Assembly: GCA_963801355.1 (NCBI GenBank)
Contig: CAWDEM010000008.1
Coordinates: 2,336,001 to 2,400,000, forward strand
Length of the DNA stretch: 64,000 nt
Source: Ignavibacteriota bacterium
GTDB taxonomy: Bacteria > Bacteroidota > Ignavibacteria > UBA10030 > UBA6906
Direction: 5' to 3'
Of this stretch, positions 49,738 to 60,622 are shown in pieces. The translations under genes were made by a program, and so were the position numbers. The notes under the pieces were generated by a model. The model was not told the origin of the DNA, did no database searches, and saw only the letters and a program-made list of their open reading frames with translations. Numbering within the stretch: position 1 is the first letter of the stretch; every line of letters starts with the position of its first letter.

Positions 49738-51053
49738 GGTGCGGTGCTCCCCAGAGAGCGCACAAGGCGGGCACGGCTGATTTCCGACTCCACCCGCGCA
49801 CCGCTTTGTGTGATCATCGCCTGCACCAGCGCCACTTCGGCATCCCGCAGTTCGGTCACGGTGACGAGGCCGCGCCGGAACCGGTCGGTGGACACGCGGA
49901 GATTTTCTTCCGCCTGACGCAATCCGAGGTCAGCCACCTCCACCCGCTCGCGGGCGCGCCGGACCTGCAGAGCCGAACGGTGAACGTCCAGTGCAACACC
50001 CTCACGCATGTGTTCATACATCAATTCGTTCTGCCGCAATGTTGCCTCGGCCTGGTCCGCCTGTCGTGCTGTCATTCCCCAGTTCCAGATATCCATGGTG
50101 AGCATGACGCCGACATCCCAGGTCCCTTTGAATTCATCCCGCGTCGGCATATAGCGTTGGTTCGGGCGGCTGTAATAATAGTTCGCGCCCAGAAGAATCT
50201 GCGGCCACCACCCGGCCTGCGCCGCGCGGACGCCCGCACGGGAGGCTTCGACGCGCGAACCCAGCGCCCGGAGGTCGGAACGCTCCGCGAGGGCCGTCGT
50301 GGTCAGCGAGTCGATCAGGCCGGGCGACCAACCCGCCCCCGAATCAGGCACGGAGGCGGGTAGCAACGGGTCATCCACGGGCCGCCCGAGCAAAGTATTG
50401 AGGCTCATCGTCGCAAGTTGCACATCGTTTCTCGCATCGATGAGGGAAAGGCGCGCAGTGGACACCTGCACATCCATCTTGAGCGCGTCGTTGCGGGTTG
50501 CCATTCCGGCCTTGAGAAGATTGCCGATGTCCCGCACATACCCCTCGAGGCGCCGGACATTATCGGCGACGAAACGTTCCGTCTCCCGGGTCTGATAGAG
50601 TGTCCAGTATGCCGCGGTGATGTTCAACACGAGATCCGCGCGGTCGGTGGCGTGATCCGCTCTGCTCGCTTCTGCAAGACGGTCCGCCGCCTCCACGTTG
50701 CTTCGTAAACGGAAGCCGGTGAACAGCGGCTGCTGCACCCCGAGGCGCAGGTTGGTATTATCGAGCACGGTCGGGGATATCTCGATGGGCTGGGGCAGCA
50801 TCGGGAGCTTGACCTGAAACGGATCGACATCCGAGAGCCGTTTGTAGCTCGCTTCGAACTTGAGCGACGGAAGCATCCCCGCGTGGACTTCCATCGCCCG
50901 TGCCTCGGTCCCGGCAACGCGGGCGGCTGAAGCACGGAGTGTGCGGCTGTTCGCCAGCCCCATTGAAACCGCTTCCTGCAGCGTCAGGGCGTCGTGGCCT
51001 TGCGCCACACCGGAAAAAGCGGTCAACAGCAGGAGAAGGACGACACGTTTCAT
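49734..51053 (-). CDS. TolC-family outer-membrane channel
   Basis: Signal peptide, LTLQEAV, QQPLFTG and WWPQI. Two-repeat helical OEP pattern. Confidence 0.9.
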   Translation of the reverse strand: MKRVVLLLLLTAFSGVAQGHDALTLQEAVSMGLANSRTLRASAARVAGTEARAMEVHAGMLPSLKFEASYKRLSDVDPFQVKLPMLPQPIEISPTVLDNTNLRLGVQQPLFTGFRLRSNVEAADRLAEASRADHATDRADLVLNITAAYWTLYQTRETERFVADNVRRLEGYVRDIGNLLKAGMATRNDALKMDVQVSTARLSLIDARNDVQLATMSLNTLLGRPVDDPLLPASVPDSGAGWSPGLIDSLTTTALAERSDLRALGSRVEASRAGVRAAQAGWWPQILLGANYYYSRPNQRYMPTRDEFKGTWDVGVMLTMDIWNWGMTARQADQAEATLRQNELMYEHMREGVALDVHRSALQVRRARERVEVADLGLRQAEENLRVSTDRFRRGLVTVTELRDAEVALVQAMITQSGARVESEISRARLVRSLGSTAP

Positions 51054-51976
51054 GCAGCACCTTCGGGATGAGTCAACATGGAAATGAAGACGTTTTCAAG
51101 AGACGGACTGATGACACGCGCTGACGCTACCGAGATGCCCGCCCCCCGCAGGGCATCCTGCAGGGCCGGTGTCTCCCGCCGAGCGTCGTCGACAATCACA
51201 TTGAGACGGTCACCGAATGCCTGGACCTCTGCGGCGGGCCAGCGCTCTTTGAGCAACCTGAATCCCTCGCGCACTCTGTCGCACACGATTTCCACTACTT
51301 CGCCGCGCATAGCCTCCTTCATGATCTCGGGCGTGTCAACCTGCAGGAGCTTTCCCAGATTCATGAACGCCACACGGGAGCAACGCTCCGCCTCGTCCAG
51401 GTACGGAGTGCTCATGACAATCGTAATACCCTGCCGCAGCAGGTTTTGCAGGATCTTCCAGAAGTCGCGGCGCGAAACAGGATCGACACCCGTCGTGGGC
51501 TCATCAAGGAAGATGATCTTCGGGGTGTGTACCAGCGTGCATGCGAGAGCAAGCTTCTGTTTCATGCCGCCCGAAAGGCGGTCCGCCAGCCGATCCCGGA
51601 AAGGCGTGAGGCGGGTAAACGCCAGTAACTCCTCACGCCGCTCGCGGTAGTTGAAGACCTGATTGATCTCGGCGAAGAACTCGATGTTCTCGTCGACCGT
51701 CATGTCGCCGTACAGGGAGAATCGCTGGGAGAGATACCCGATATGACGTTTGATGGCGTCGGACTCCCTTACCAGGTCGTACCCCATGACGGTCGCGGAA
51801 CCGTTTGACGGCAGCAGAATGCCGCACAGCATCCGGATCGTGGTGGTCTTTCCGGCACCGTCGGGGCCCACGAGGCTGAACATCTCCCCTTCCTGTACCG
51901 TCAGATCAATGCCATCCACGGCGTGTACCGTGCCGAATCTACGGCAGAGATTCCGCACTTCGATGATCGGAGCCAT
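51050..51976 (-). CDS. ABC ATP-binding protein (YbhF N-half-like)
   Basis: GPDGAGKTT, LSGGMKQKL, LDEPTTGVDP and STPYLDEAE. Confidence 0.92.
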   Translation of the reverse strand: MAPIIEVRNLCRRFGTVHAVDGIDLTVQEGEMFSLVGPDGAGKTTTIRMLCGILLPSNGSATVMGYDLVRESDAIKRHIGYLSQRFSLYGDMTVDENIEFFAEINQVFNYRERREELLAFTRLTPFRDRLADRLSGGMKQKLALACTLVHTPKIIFLDEPTTGVDPVSRRDFWKILQNLLRQGITIVMSTPYLDEAERCSRVAFMNLGKLLQVDTPEIMKEAMRGEVVEIVCDRVREGFRLLKERWPAAEVQAFGDRLNVIVDDARRETPALQDALRGAGISVASARVISPSLENVFISMLTHPEGAA

Positions 51977-52917
51977 TACTTTTTCTCTTCGCCCGTGGTT
52001 ATCCTGGCATCCGCCGGGAGGCCGGGCTTCAGTGCGCCGTCGGGGTTCGCCGCCTCTATTTTCACGGCGAAGACCAGCTTCGTGCGCTCTTCCTTGGTCT
52101 GGACGTTTTTCGGTGTGAACTCGGCCACCGGGGATATATAGACTACCGTTCCGGGGAATGCCCGGGCCGGACCGAAGGAGTCGACAAAGATCTCGGCCTT
52201 CTGACTCAGGGTGACATCGCCGAGATCCGCTTCGTTGACGTAGATCGTGAGCTTCACCCGGTCGAGGTTCGTGAGCCGGACCACTCGCGTCCCGACCCCC
52301 ACCAGTTCACCGGGCTCGACGGCCCGGAGGGTAACGGTGCCGGCCGTCGGGGCGAGGATCGCGCAATTGCGCACGCGTTTGGCAAGGAGTTCTGCCTGTG
52401 CGGCGGCGGCATCGCGACGCGCCCGCGCCCCGGTGATCTCCTCCGGACGCAAGCCGGCCTTCAACTTCGCGTACGTTTGTCCTGCCGCCACGTACCGGGC
52501 ATAGGCATCGTCGTACTGCTTTTGCGTCACGGATTCCGCATCGATCAATTCCTTCATCCGCTTGTAGTCGGTCTCCGCCGTGCGAAAGGCGGCCTCGGCC
52601 TGGACAATGTCTTCGCGGCGCGATCCTTCCAGAGCAAGGCGATACGCCGACTCGAACGACGCAAGGTTGGCTTCGGCCTGTCGGAGCTGCAGACGGTACT
52701 CTTCATCGTCGATCAGCACGAGAGTATCGCCGGCCGTCACACGGGTGCCTTCGGCGACACGCACTGCCCGAACACCCCCCCCCACCTCGCTGCCGATGGT
52801 GATGTCTGTACCCTCGATGGTGCCGGAAGCTTCGATAACGCCGGGAGTGTTGTTGCTGCATCCCGCGAAAACGCCTGCGAGCGCTGCGAGAAAACCGGTG
52901 GCAAGAATGCGAAGCAT
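51976..52917 (-). CDS. HlyD-family membrane fusion lipoprotein (YbhG-like)
   Basis: Lipobox FAGC, ASGTIE, AEFTPKNVQT and LKPGLPAD. Confidence 0.9.
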   Translation of the reverse strand: MLRILATGFLAALAGVFAGCSNNTPGVIEASGTIEGTDITIGSEVGGGVRAVRVAEGTRVTAGDTLVLIDDEEYRLQLRQAEANLASFESAYRLALEGSRREDIVQAEAAFRTAETDYKRMKELIDAESVTQKQYDDAYARYVAAGQTYAKLKAGLRPEEITGARARRDAAAAQAELLAKRVRNCAILAPTAGTVTLRAVEPGELVGVGTRVVRLTNLDRVKLTIYVNEADLGDVTLSQKAEIFVDSFGPARAFPGTVVYISPVAEFTPKNVQTKEERTKLVFAVKIEAANPDGALKPGLPADARITTGEEKK

Positions 52918-52931
52918 GGGAGATCCTCTTC

Positions 52932-53558
52932 TTATGGATTGTCCTGAAGTCTTTGGAGGGCCTGAGCTGCGTCCGGCGTGAGAATGCCGCGCAGGAATAT
53001 CGTCACAATGCTCTGAAGGGCTTCATCGGCGGAAAACGGTTCGTTGGCCAGAACCGTCGGATTCAGGATGTTCTCTATGGTCGCGTAGAGTGCCAGGAGG
53101 AACACCCGTTGACTGATCTCGGGACGTACATATCCCGTTCGCTTCCCTTCATCGATGAGTGCAGCCCAGGTGGTCAGGATGCGCTGACGCCGGAACTCCT
53201 GAATCTTTCCCCAGGCCCCGGGGATGTACGTCTGCAAATCGCGTAGCAAGTTCTTGCTGATGGTCTTGAAAACGATACCGACGAGCTTCATGAGGCTATC
53301 GAGCTTTGCGGGGAAGAGTGCATCCATCGCCATAATGCCCTGCACTTTCAACTCGGTTTCCCCGAGCATCCGCTCAACGATTTCGTTCACAAGGTCTTCT
53401 TTGCGATCGAAGTATTTGTAGAAGGTCTTCTTGCTCATTCCGAGCTCTGAGGTGATTTCTTCGACAGAGACACGGGCAAATCCATCGAGAAAAAACCGTG
53501 CGCGGGCATGCTCGATGATTCTCTCTTTCGCCGGTTCTCGTGTATCTTTGGAAACCAT
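52932..53558 (-). CDS. TetR/AcrR-family transcriptional regulator
   Basis: HTH motif F..GF..VSVEEI...LGMSKKTFYKYF..KEDL. Confidence 0.93.
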   Translation of the reverse strand: MVSKDTREPAKERIIEHARARFFLDGFARVSVEEITSELGMSKKTFYKYFDRKEDLVNEIVERMLGETELKVQGIMAMDALFPAKLDSLMKLVGIVFKTISKNLLRDLQTYIPGAWGKIQEFRRQRILTTWAALIDEGKRTGYVRPEISQRVFLLALYATIENILNPTVLANEPFSADEALQSIVTIFLRGILTPDAAQALQRLQDNP

Positions 53559-53617
53559 AGATACTCTCGTTGTATTTTAAGTTTCCGAAAAACCCAAAAA
53601 AAATGCCTGAGGTGCGA

Positions 53618-53674
53618 TGAAAACTGTAGGCGTTTCTCTGGTTTCCAATATAACATATCGTAGCACAGTGTCAA
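53618..53674 (-). promoter_or_regulatory. tetR operon promoter with candidate operator
   Basis: TTGACA-N16-TATATT (53674-53647), followed by the imperfect inverted repeat TGAAAAC-N16-GTTTCCA (53618-53647). Confidence 0.55.
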
Positions 53675-53781
53675 GAAGAAAATCGAAGTTTCACGTTACA
53701 CAAGAGCCAACCGGCTTGTTGCCTGCTATGTTCAATGTCAAGCGAGTCACGCACACGAGTCTTGAACCCATTACCAGCCTG

Positions 53782-53810
53782 TTGACTATTCCCTTCTGGC
53801 GCCGTAGCTT
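53782..53810 (+). promoter_or_regulatory. Sigma70-type promoter of the PorV-like gene
   Basis: TTGACT-N17-TAGCTT. Confidence 0.55.
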
Positions 53811-53850
53811 TTCCGGAACGAATGGGATTGAAGAACCCGGGAGGCGGAAA

Positions 53851-55137
53851 GTGAAGAGCTTCGCATTAAGGGTTTGCTTGGGTATTTCCCTCTTGTTCAA
53901 TGCCTGGCCGGCGTTCGGACAGGGCGAGAGCGCCGTGCCGTTTCTCCTTATCACCCCCTCCATCGACGGAAACGGCATGGGAGGCATGGGTGTGTCGGTG
54001 GGTTCGGATAATGCAACGTCATCCATACTGAACCCGGGCCAGCTCGGCCTCTTCAGCCTGCACAGTTCCTTCAACGTTTCAGTGTACACACCAAAGACCC
54101 AATGGCTGCCGCAATTCCATCTGTCCGATCTGCAGTATGAAGCATGGGGAATCAACGCAGCGCTGAAGGTGAATGATCTCGCCGATCTGCCGTTTCGTTT
54201 GGGCGTGGGGATCGGGTATTCGAAAGTGAACATTGATCTGGGCACATTCGTACTCACGAGTTCATCGGGACCAGGAGTACTGGGCAGGTTCACATCGTAT
54301 GAAACCAGCGCGAATCTCACGATCGGATTGGGATTCGAATACGTCATTCGCGCGGCCCTGGGTGTGACGTTCAAATCGGTCGATTCCCACCTCTCGCCGA
54401 TCGGCACGGAATTGGAGGCGGGCACGGGGTCCGCCAAGCCCCACGCAAGGGATATCGGCCTCATGGCGGTCGTGCCCGTGCCTGACGTCGTCGAGGCGGT
54501 GAGTGGAACAACTCTTGAACTGGTCCCTTCACTGAAACCGCTGTTCGATATCGGCTTCGGCTTCGCACGCTGCAACACGGGGGACCCGGTGGTATACGCT
54601 GATGTCAGCCAGGCCGATCCGCTTCCGAGAAAATCTGCCATAGGCACATACATAGAACTGGGCCTATCGACGACGGTGCTTTCTCCGGCATGGAAACCTC
54701 TCACATTCATGATCGCGCATGAAGCGGAGGATGTTCTGGTAACGCGCAGGCCCGACGGGACCTGGGAATACCAGACCGGGCTCGGCGACATCAGCTTTGT
54801 CGACAATGTCCTGCTGGGGAAGAGTTCGCCCAACGTATGGCTGAGGCGCGGATGGCAACTTCAGGTGTGTGAGGTGCTTTACCTTCGCGGCGGTTCCGTC
54901 GAAGGACCGGGGTTGCGTTACGATACAAAGGGGTACACGCTCTGCCTCGGCGGCGTGTTCAAAATGATCATGGCACTTAGTCCGGAGATGCGGGAGGCCG
55001 GGTGGTTCCGCATTCTTGCCGATCTCCTGGATTTCCAGTACGCATCGGCTGACTACTCCGGCCCCGCGTCGACGATGAACGGCACGTCATTCCGGGGAAT
55101 TTCTCTCGTGCTGCGCACACTTCCATTCGCGGAGTAG
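53851..55137 (+). CDS. PorV/PorQ-like outer-membrane barrel protein
   Basis: GGGAGG RBS and GTG start. Signal peptide ending AFG|Q, then AVPFLLITP...GMG...NPGQLG, QWLP and ADPLP motifs resembling PorV-family proteins. Confidence 0.65.
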   Translation: MKSFALRVCLGISLLFNAWPAFGQGESAVPFLLITPSIDGNGMGGMGVSVGSDNATSSILNPGQLGLFSLHSSFNVSVYTPKTQWLPQFHLSDLQYEAWGINAALKVNDLADLPFRLGVGIGYSKVNIDLGTFVLTSSSGPGVLGRFTSYETSANLTIGLGFEYVIRAALGVTFKSVDSHLSPIGTELEAGTGSAKPHARDIGLMAVVPVPDVVEAVSGTTLELVPSLKPLFDIGFGFARCNTGDPVVYADVSQADPLPRKSAIGTYIELGLSTTVLSPAWKPLTFMIAHEAEDVLVTRRPDGTWEYQTGLGDISFVDNVLLGKSSPNVWLRRGWQLQVCEVLYLRGGSVEGPGLRYDTKGYTLCLGGVFKMIMALSPEMREAGWFRILADLLDFQYASADYSGPASTMNGTSFRGISLVLRTLPFAE

Positions 55138-55191
55138 GAGTACATGGCGCCGCTACGCGCGTGACCTGTGACCCCTGTCCCCTCTGCCAAA

Positions 55192-55227
55192 AGAAAACCC
55201 CGACGGAAGATCCGCCGGGGTTTTTCT
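55192..55227. terminator. Bidirectional intrinsic terminator downstream of groEL
   Basis: AGAAAACCCCGACGGA-AGA-TCCGCCGGGGTTTTTCT between convergent genes. Confidence 0.8.
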
Positions 55228-55246
55228 GTACAGCGTATACGCCAGT

Positions 55247-57216
<1,970 letters not shown>

Positions 57217-57278
57217 GTCACGCCTCTATTAGATAAGTTGTTGATATTTAATGTGTTATGAGATTGATGCATATAGTG

Positions 57279-57305
57279 TTAGCACTCATACCCGACGAGT
57301 GCTAA
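57279..57305. promoter_or_regulatory. CIRCE element (HrcA operator)
   Basis: Perfect TTAGCACTC-N9-GAGTGCTAA upstream of groES. hrcA is present in the window. Confidence 0.97.
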
Positions 57306-57306
57306 T

Positions 57307-57334
57307 AATATAACAAAAAAAAATTCATTGTCAA
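57307..57334 (-). promoter_or_regulatory. groES-groEL promoter
   Basis: TTGACA-N16-TATATT on the minus strand, adjacent to the CIRCE. Confidence 0.75.
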
Positions 57335-57387
57335 GAGGGGGCCATCCAGAGGACATGTCTCATGACTTTTCCGGGATTTCGACGATT

Positions 57388-58944
57388 CTATGCCGGGTTC
57401 GGCTTCCGGACTGCCGAGACCTCGAAGAAGTGGATTCCGTAACCTGGCAGATCGAAGTAGATCCCCCGCGATTGCAGACCCCCCCTGTCGCGCACATAAA
57501 TTGCCGGCCCCATCAAATCCCGGAACTCGATTAGCCCCCCGTCTGCGCTGTCCAGAGGAACTTCGACGTAGCACTGACCCGTCTGCGGTGCGTAGTTCAC
57601 CACCACCATCCGGGCGCCTTCGGAGGGACGTGACCACCAGAACACCAGAAAGTTGTTCCACGTGTAGTTGTCGTGCCATGCCGCCCGGCAATCGAGCAAC
57701 CGCCACTCCCCATGATGCATTACCGGATTGTTGATTGCGCTCAGCAGTTCCCGGTAAAAAGCGGAGCACCGCGGATTCAACGGCTCCTCCGGACGACGGT
57801 GGAGCTGAGCCGGCACGCGTACCAAGCGCCCGTCCATCTGCCCCTCGTGAACAAGCACCATGCCTGGAACGGTGAACGTGACCACGGCCGCGGCGAAGCG
57901 CCATGCCTCGGAGGGAAGCATGCGCGCCGCCCGCTGCTCATCGTGGTTCTCCAGAAAGCGGATGGACCGGCTCTGGTACGTAAGTTCCGCTTTCAGGTGG
58001 TCATGCACCGACGACGCCCCCTCATGCAGAAGCCGGTCGTACAGAGTCTTATCATAGGTATACTGAAATCCCAGTTGCTGGAGGTCCCACTCGCGATTCC
58101 AGTACGACTCTGCAAGAAACAGGAACTCAGGATGCAGCGCGTGCACACGCCCGATGGCTTCCTCCCAGAATTCCCTGGTTGCTTCGTCGCCCGGTGCGAC
58201 CTGAAGGTAATCGTGCCACGAGCGCTGGAAGACATCATTCAACAACAGCATCGCCATATCGCATCGCACGCCGTCGCACAATGCGGAAACCCGTTCAAGC
58301 TCTTTGATGATTGCAGTACGTGCCACCTGCGACCGGTGATTCAACTGCGCGGTGTCAGTCCAGCCGGGAAACATCGGATCCCGGCCGTGGGCGATCACCC
58401 GTTCGCCCCAGTCGGTGTCGGTGCGGAAAAAGATGGAGGTGCGTTCCCGCTCATCCCCGGCGTGCCCGTTGATGTACCATTCCGGATGGAGACGCACCCA
58501 TGCGCAATCCCGCGCGGTATGGTTCGCCACGAAATCCAGCACCAGCCCCATGCCTCTCCGCGCCAGACGGGTTCGCAAGCGACGGAGAGCGGCGTTCCCG
58601 CCGAACTCGGGTGCGACACGGTATGACCGGACCGCATAGGGGCTTCCGGTCACGTCTTCCAGGCGGAAATCGGGAAGCGCGGCAAGGTATTCCTCCTGAA
58701 GGCCGGCGTCCGTCCGGGCTATGTCACGGCTGATCTCGCTTCGCGTCCAGACCCCCATCAGCCAGATGGCATCGAAACCCAGCGATGCCCACTCATCGAT
58801 AAGCGCGTCAGGGAGATCCCCCAGGGTAAGGGTTTTCCCCGCCGACTCCGAACACTCCCGCATCAACACGTTGATGTTTACTTCGTACAGTACCGGATGC
58901 TTCGACTCACGCAGTCTCATTCGTGGAGCCGCTGTCTTCACCAT
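57388..58944 (-). CDS. GH13 alpha-amylase-family glycoside hydrolase (cytoplasmic)
   Basis: GSPYAV, LDFVANH, DGVRCDMAM (nucleophile), FLAE (acid/base) and FLENHDE. No signal peptide. The start may be 58920. Confidence 0.88.
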   Translation of the reverse strand: MVKTAAPRMRLRESKHPVLYEVNINVLMRECSESAGKTLTLGDLPDALIDEWASLGFDAIWLMGVWTRSEISRDIARTDAGLQEEYLAALPDFRLEDVTGSPYAVRSYRVAPEFGGNAALRRLRTRLARRGMGLVLDFVANHTARDCAWVRLHPEWYINGHAGDERERTSIFFRTDTDWGERVIAHGRDPMFPGWTDTAQLNHRSQVARTAIIKELERVSALCDGVRCDMAMLLLNDVFQRSWHDYLQVAPGDEATREFWEEAIGRVHALHPEFLFLAESYWNREWDLQQLGFQYTYDKTLYDRLLHEGASSVHDHLKAELTYQSRSIRFLENHDEQRAARMLPSEAWRFAAAVVTFTVPGMVLVHEGQMDGRLVRVPAQLHRRPEEPLNPRCSAFYRELLSAINNPVMHHGEWRLLDCRAAWHDNYTWNNFLVFWWSRPSEGARMVVVNYAPQTGQCYVEVPLDSADGGLIEFRDLMGPAIYVRDRGGLQSRGIYFDLPGYGIHFFEVSAVRKPNPA

Positions 58945-59656
58945 GGGATGACTCCCGGTATGATTTCCCTCCGTTGGCGCCCTGAATCACCAGCACAATC
59001 TCGCCCCGGGGTGCTTTCTTGCGCACCCCTTCCAGCAGGTCAGAGAGCGACCCCCGCCGGATTTCTTCGAACTTCTTCGTCAACTCGCGTGCAAGCACCG
59101 CCTGCCGGTCGCCCAGCGCTGTCGCAAGATCCTGCAACGTTCTCTCCACGCGGTGCGGGGCTTCGTACACGACAATTGTCCGGGCTTCCTCTTTGAGCAT
59201 CCGGAGCCGCGTTGCGCGCCCCTTCTTCAGCGGCAGGAAACCTTCAAACACGAACCGGTCGGTGGGAAGCCCGCTTGCCACCAGGGCAGCCAGCACCGCA
59301 CTTGCGCCGGGAACGGGAATCACACGGATACCCGCATCCACCGCGGCACGCACAAGTGCGAACGCCGGGTCGGAGATCCCCGGCGTTCCTGCATCCGTCA
59401 CCACGGCGATGGTCTCTCCGTTCCGGAGACGATCCAGAAGTTCCGCAACGCGCCGGCGCTCATTGTAGCTGTGGTAACTCACCATGGGTTTCTTGAAGCC
59501 AAGGTGTGCCAGCAGCACGCCGCTCGTGCGGGTGTCCTCCGCGGCGACACAATCCACCCCTTCCAGAATTGCCGCAGCCCTGTGTGAAATGTCTTCGAGA
59601 TTTCCGATCGGCGTTGCGACGACGTACAGCGCTCCCTTGATGATCTCTTCCTTCAT
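58907..59656 (-). CDS. rsmI: 16S rRNA C1402 2'-O-methyltransferase RsmI
   Basis: [35 protein letters not shown] and RELTKKFEE. The start overlaps the nadE stop (ATGA). Confidence 0.96.
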   Translation of the reverse strand: MKEEIIKGALYVVATPIGNLEDISHRAAAILEGVDCVAAEDTRTSGVLLAHLGFKKPMVSYHSYNERRRVAELLDRLRNGETIAVVTDAGTPGISDPAFALVRAAVDAGIRVIPVPGASAVLAALVASGLPTDRFVFEGFLPLKKGRATRLRMLKEEARTIVVYEAPHRVERTLQDLATALGDRQAVLARELTKKFEEIRRGSLSDLLEGVRKKAPRGEIVLVIQGANGGKSYRESSHGEDSGSTNETA

Positions 59657-60495
59657 ATCCCCCAATCCCTGGCATACCGGAAATCGATGTTGACAGTCCG
59701 ATGCGACACTTTTGCGATCAGCGGGGGGCGCCGCTTGAACTGACTGCGTGACACCATCCCCCGGATCTGCCGGATGAACTCAGGAGAGAATCCGGCTGCA
59801 GTGCACTCGTCGTCCGTGCGGCGTTCATCGATCATCAGATACAGAAGGCGGTCCGCCTCGGCATACGTGAACCCGAATTCACCTTCATCGGTCTGTCCGC
59901 TCCAGAGATCCGCGGAGGGTTGTTTGGTTACGACCTGCTCCGGCAATCCGAGCGCGCGTGCCAGCTGCCAGACCTGCGATTTATACAGGTCACCGAGCGG
60001 ATTGATGGCGCATGCCATATCTCCGAACAATGTGCCGTACCCGAGCAGTAACTCGGTTTTGTTGCTCGTGCCGAATACGAGAGCATGGTCACGCTGTGAG
60101 AGGTCATACAGGATGATCATCCGTTCACGCGCCATCACATTCCCGGCCCGCACCCTGCCGGCATCGCCGATCATCTGCAGATAAGGTTCCACCATCGCCG
60201 TAATGTCCACCTGTTCAATCTGTATCCCCGTGTGCCGGGCCACGAGCCTGGCGTCAGAGACGCTATCGGGATTGCTGGTGCGGTAGGGCATGACCACACC
60301 CAGGACATTTTCCGGCCCCAGGGCCTTCGCGGCAAGCGCGGCGCAGACAGCGGAATCGACACCTCCGGAAAGCCCGAGAACCCCCCGTGTGAAGCCTGCC
60401 TGACGGGTTTCGTCTTTGAGGAAATCGACGAGGAGGCGCTCCACAAAACGGGTTTCAAGCAGAAGTGACCGGTCAAGCGGGTTTGCAGTTTCCAT
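59653..60495 (-). CDS. nadE: NH3-dependent NAD+ synthetase
   Basis: [37 protein letters not shown]. No glutaminase domain. Confidence 0.95.
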   Translation of the reverse strand: METANPLDRSLLLETRFVERLLVDFLKDETRQAGFTRGVLGLSGGVDSAVCAALAAKALGPENVLGVVMPYRTSNPDSVSDARLVARHTGIQIEQVDITAMVEPYLQMIGDAGRVRAGNVMARERMIILYDLSQRDHALVFGTSNKTELLLGYGTLFGDMACAINPLGDLYKSQVWQLARALGLPEQVVTKQPSADLWSGQTDEGEFGFTYAEADRLLYLMIDERRTDDECTAAGFSPEFIRQIRGMVSRSQFKRRPPLIAKVSHRTVNIDFRYARDWGI

Positions 60496-60500
60496 GCGAA

Positions 60501-60529
60501 ATAGTACGAAATTTCAGCGCCCTATTCAA
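60501..60529 (-). promoter_or_regulatory. nadE promoter, probably leaderless
   Basis: TTGAAT-N17-TACTAT, with the ATG 5 nt downstream. Confidence 0.6.
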
Positions 60530-60552
60530 CATCGGTGCCCGTCGCAGAAATC

Positions 60553-60581
60553 TTGACTCTCCCGGCCATTATAGGTATTCT
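60553..60581 (+). promoter_or_regulatory. Sigma70-type promoter of the S8 protease gene
   Basis: TTGACT-N17-TATTCT. Confidence 0.6.
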
Positions 60582-60622
60582 TGTAGAGTGGTGTTGAAGT
60601 ATCACGATCGCCGGGGCAGAGC

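Noticed and set aside
53691-54833. 380-aa minus-strand ORF
   Set aside because: Ser/Pro-rich shadow. The plus-strand ORF has the promoter, RBS, signal peptide and family motifs.
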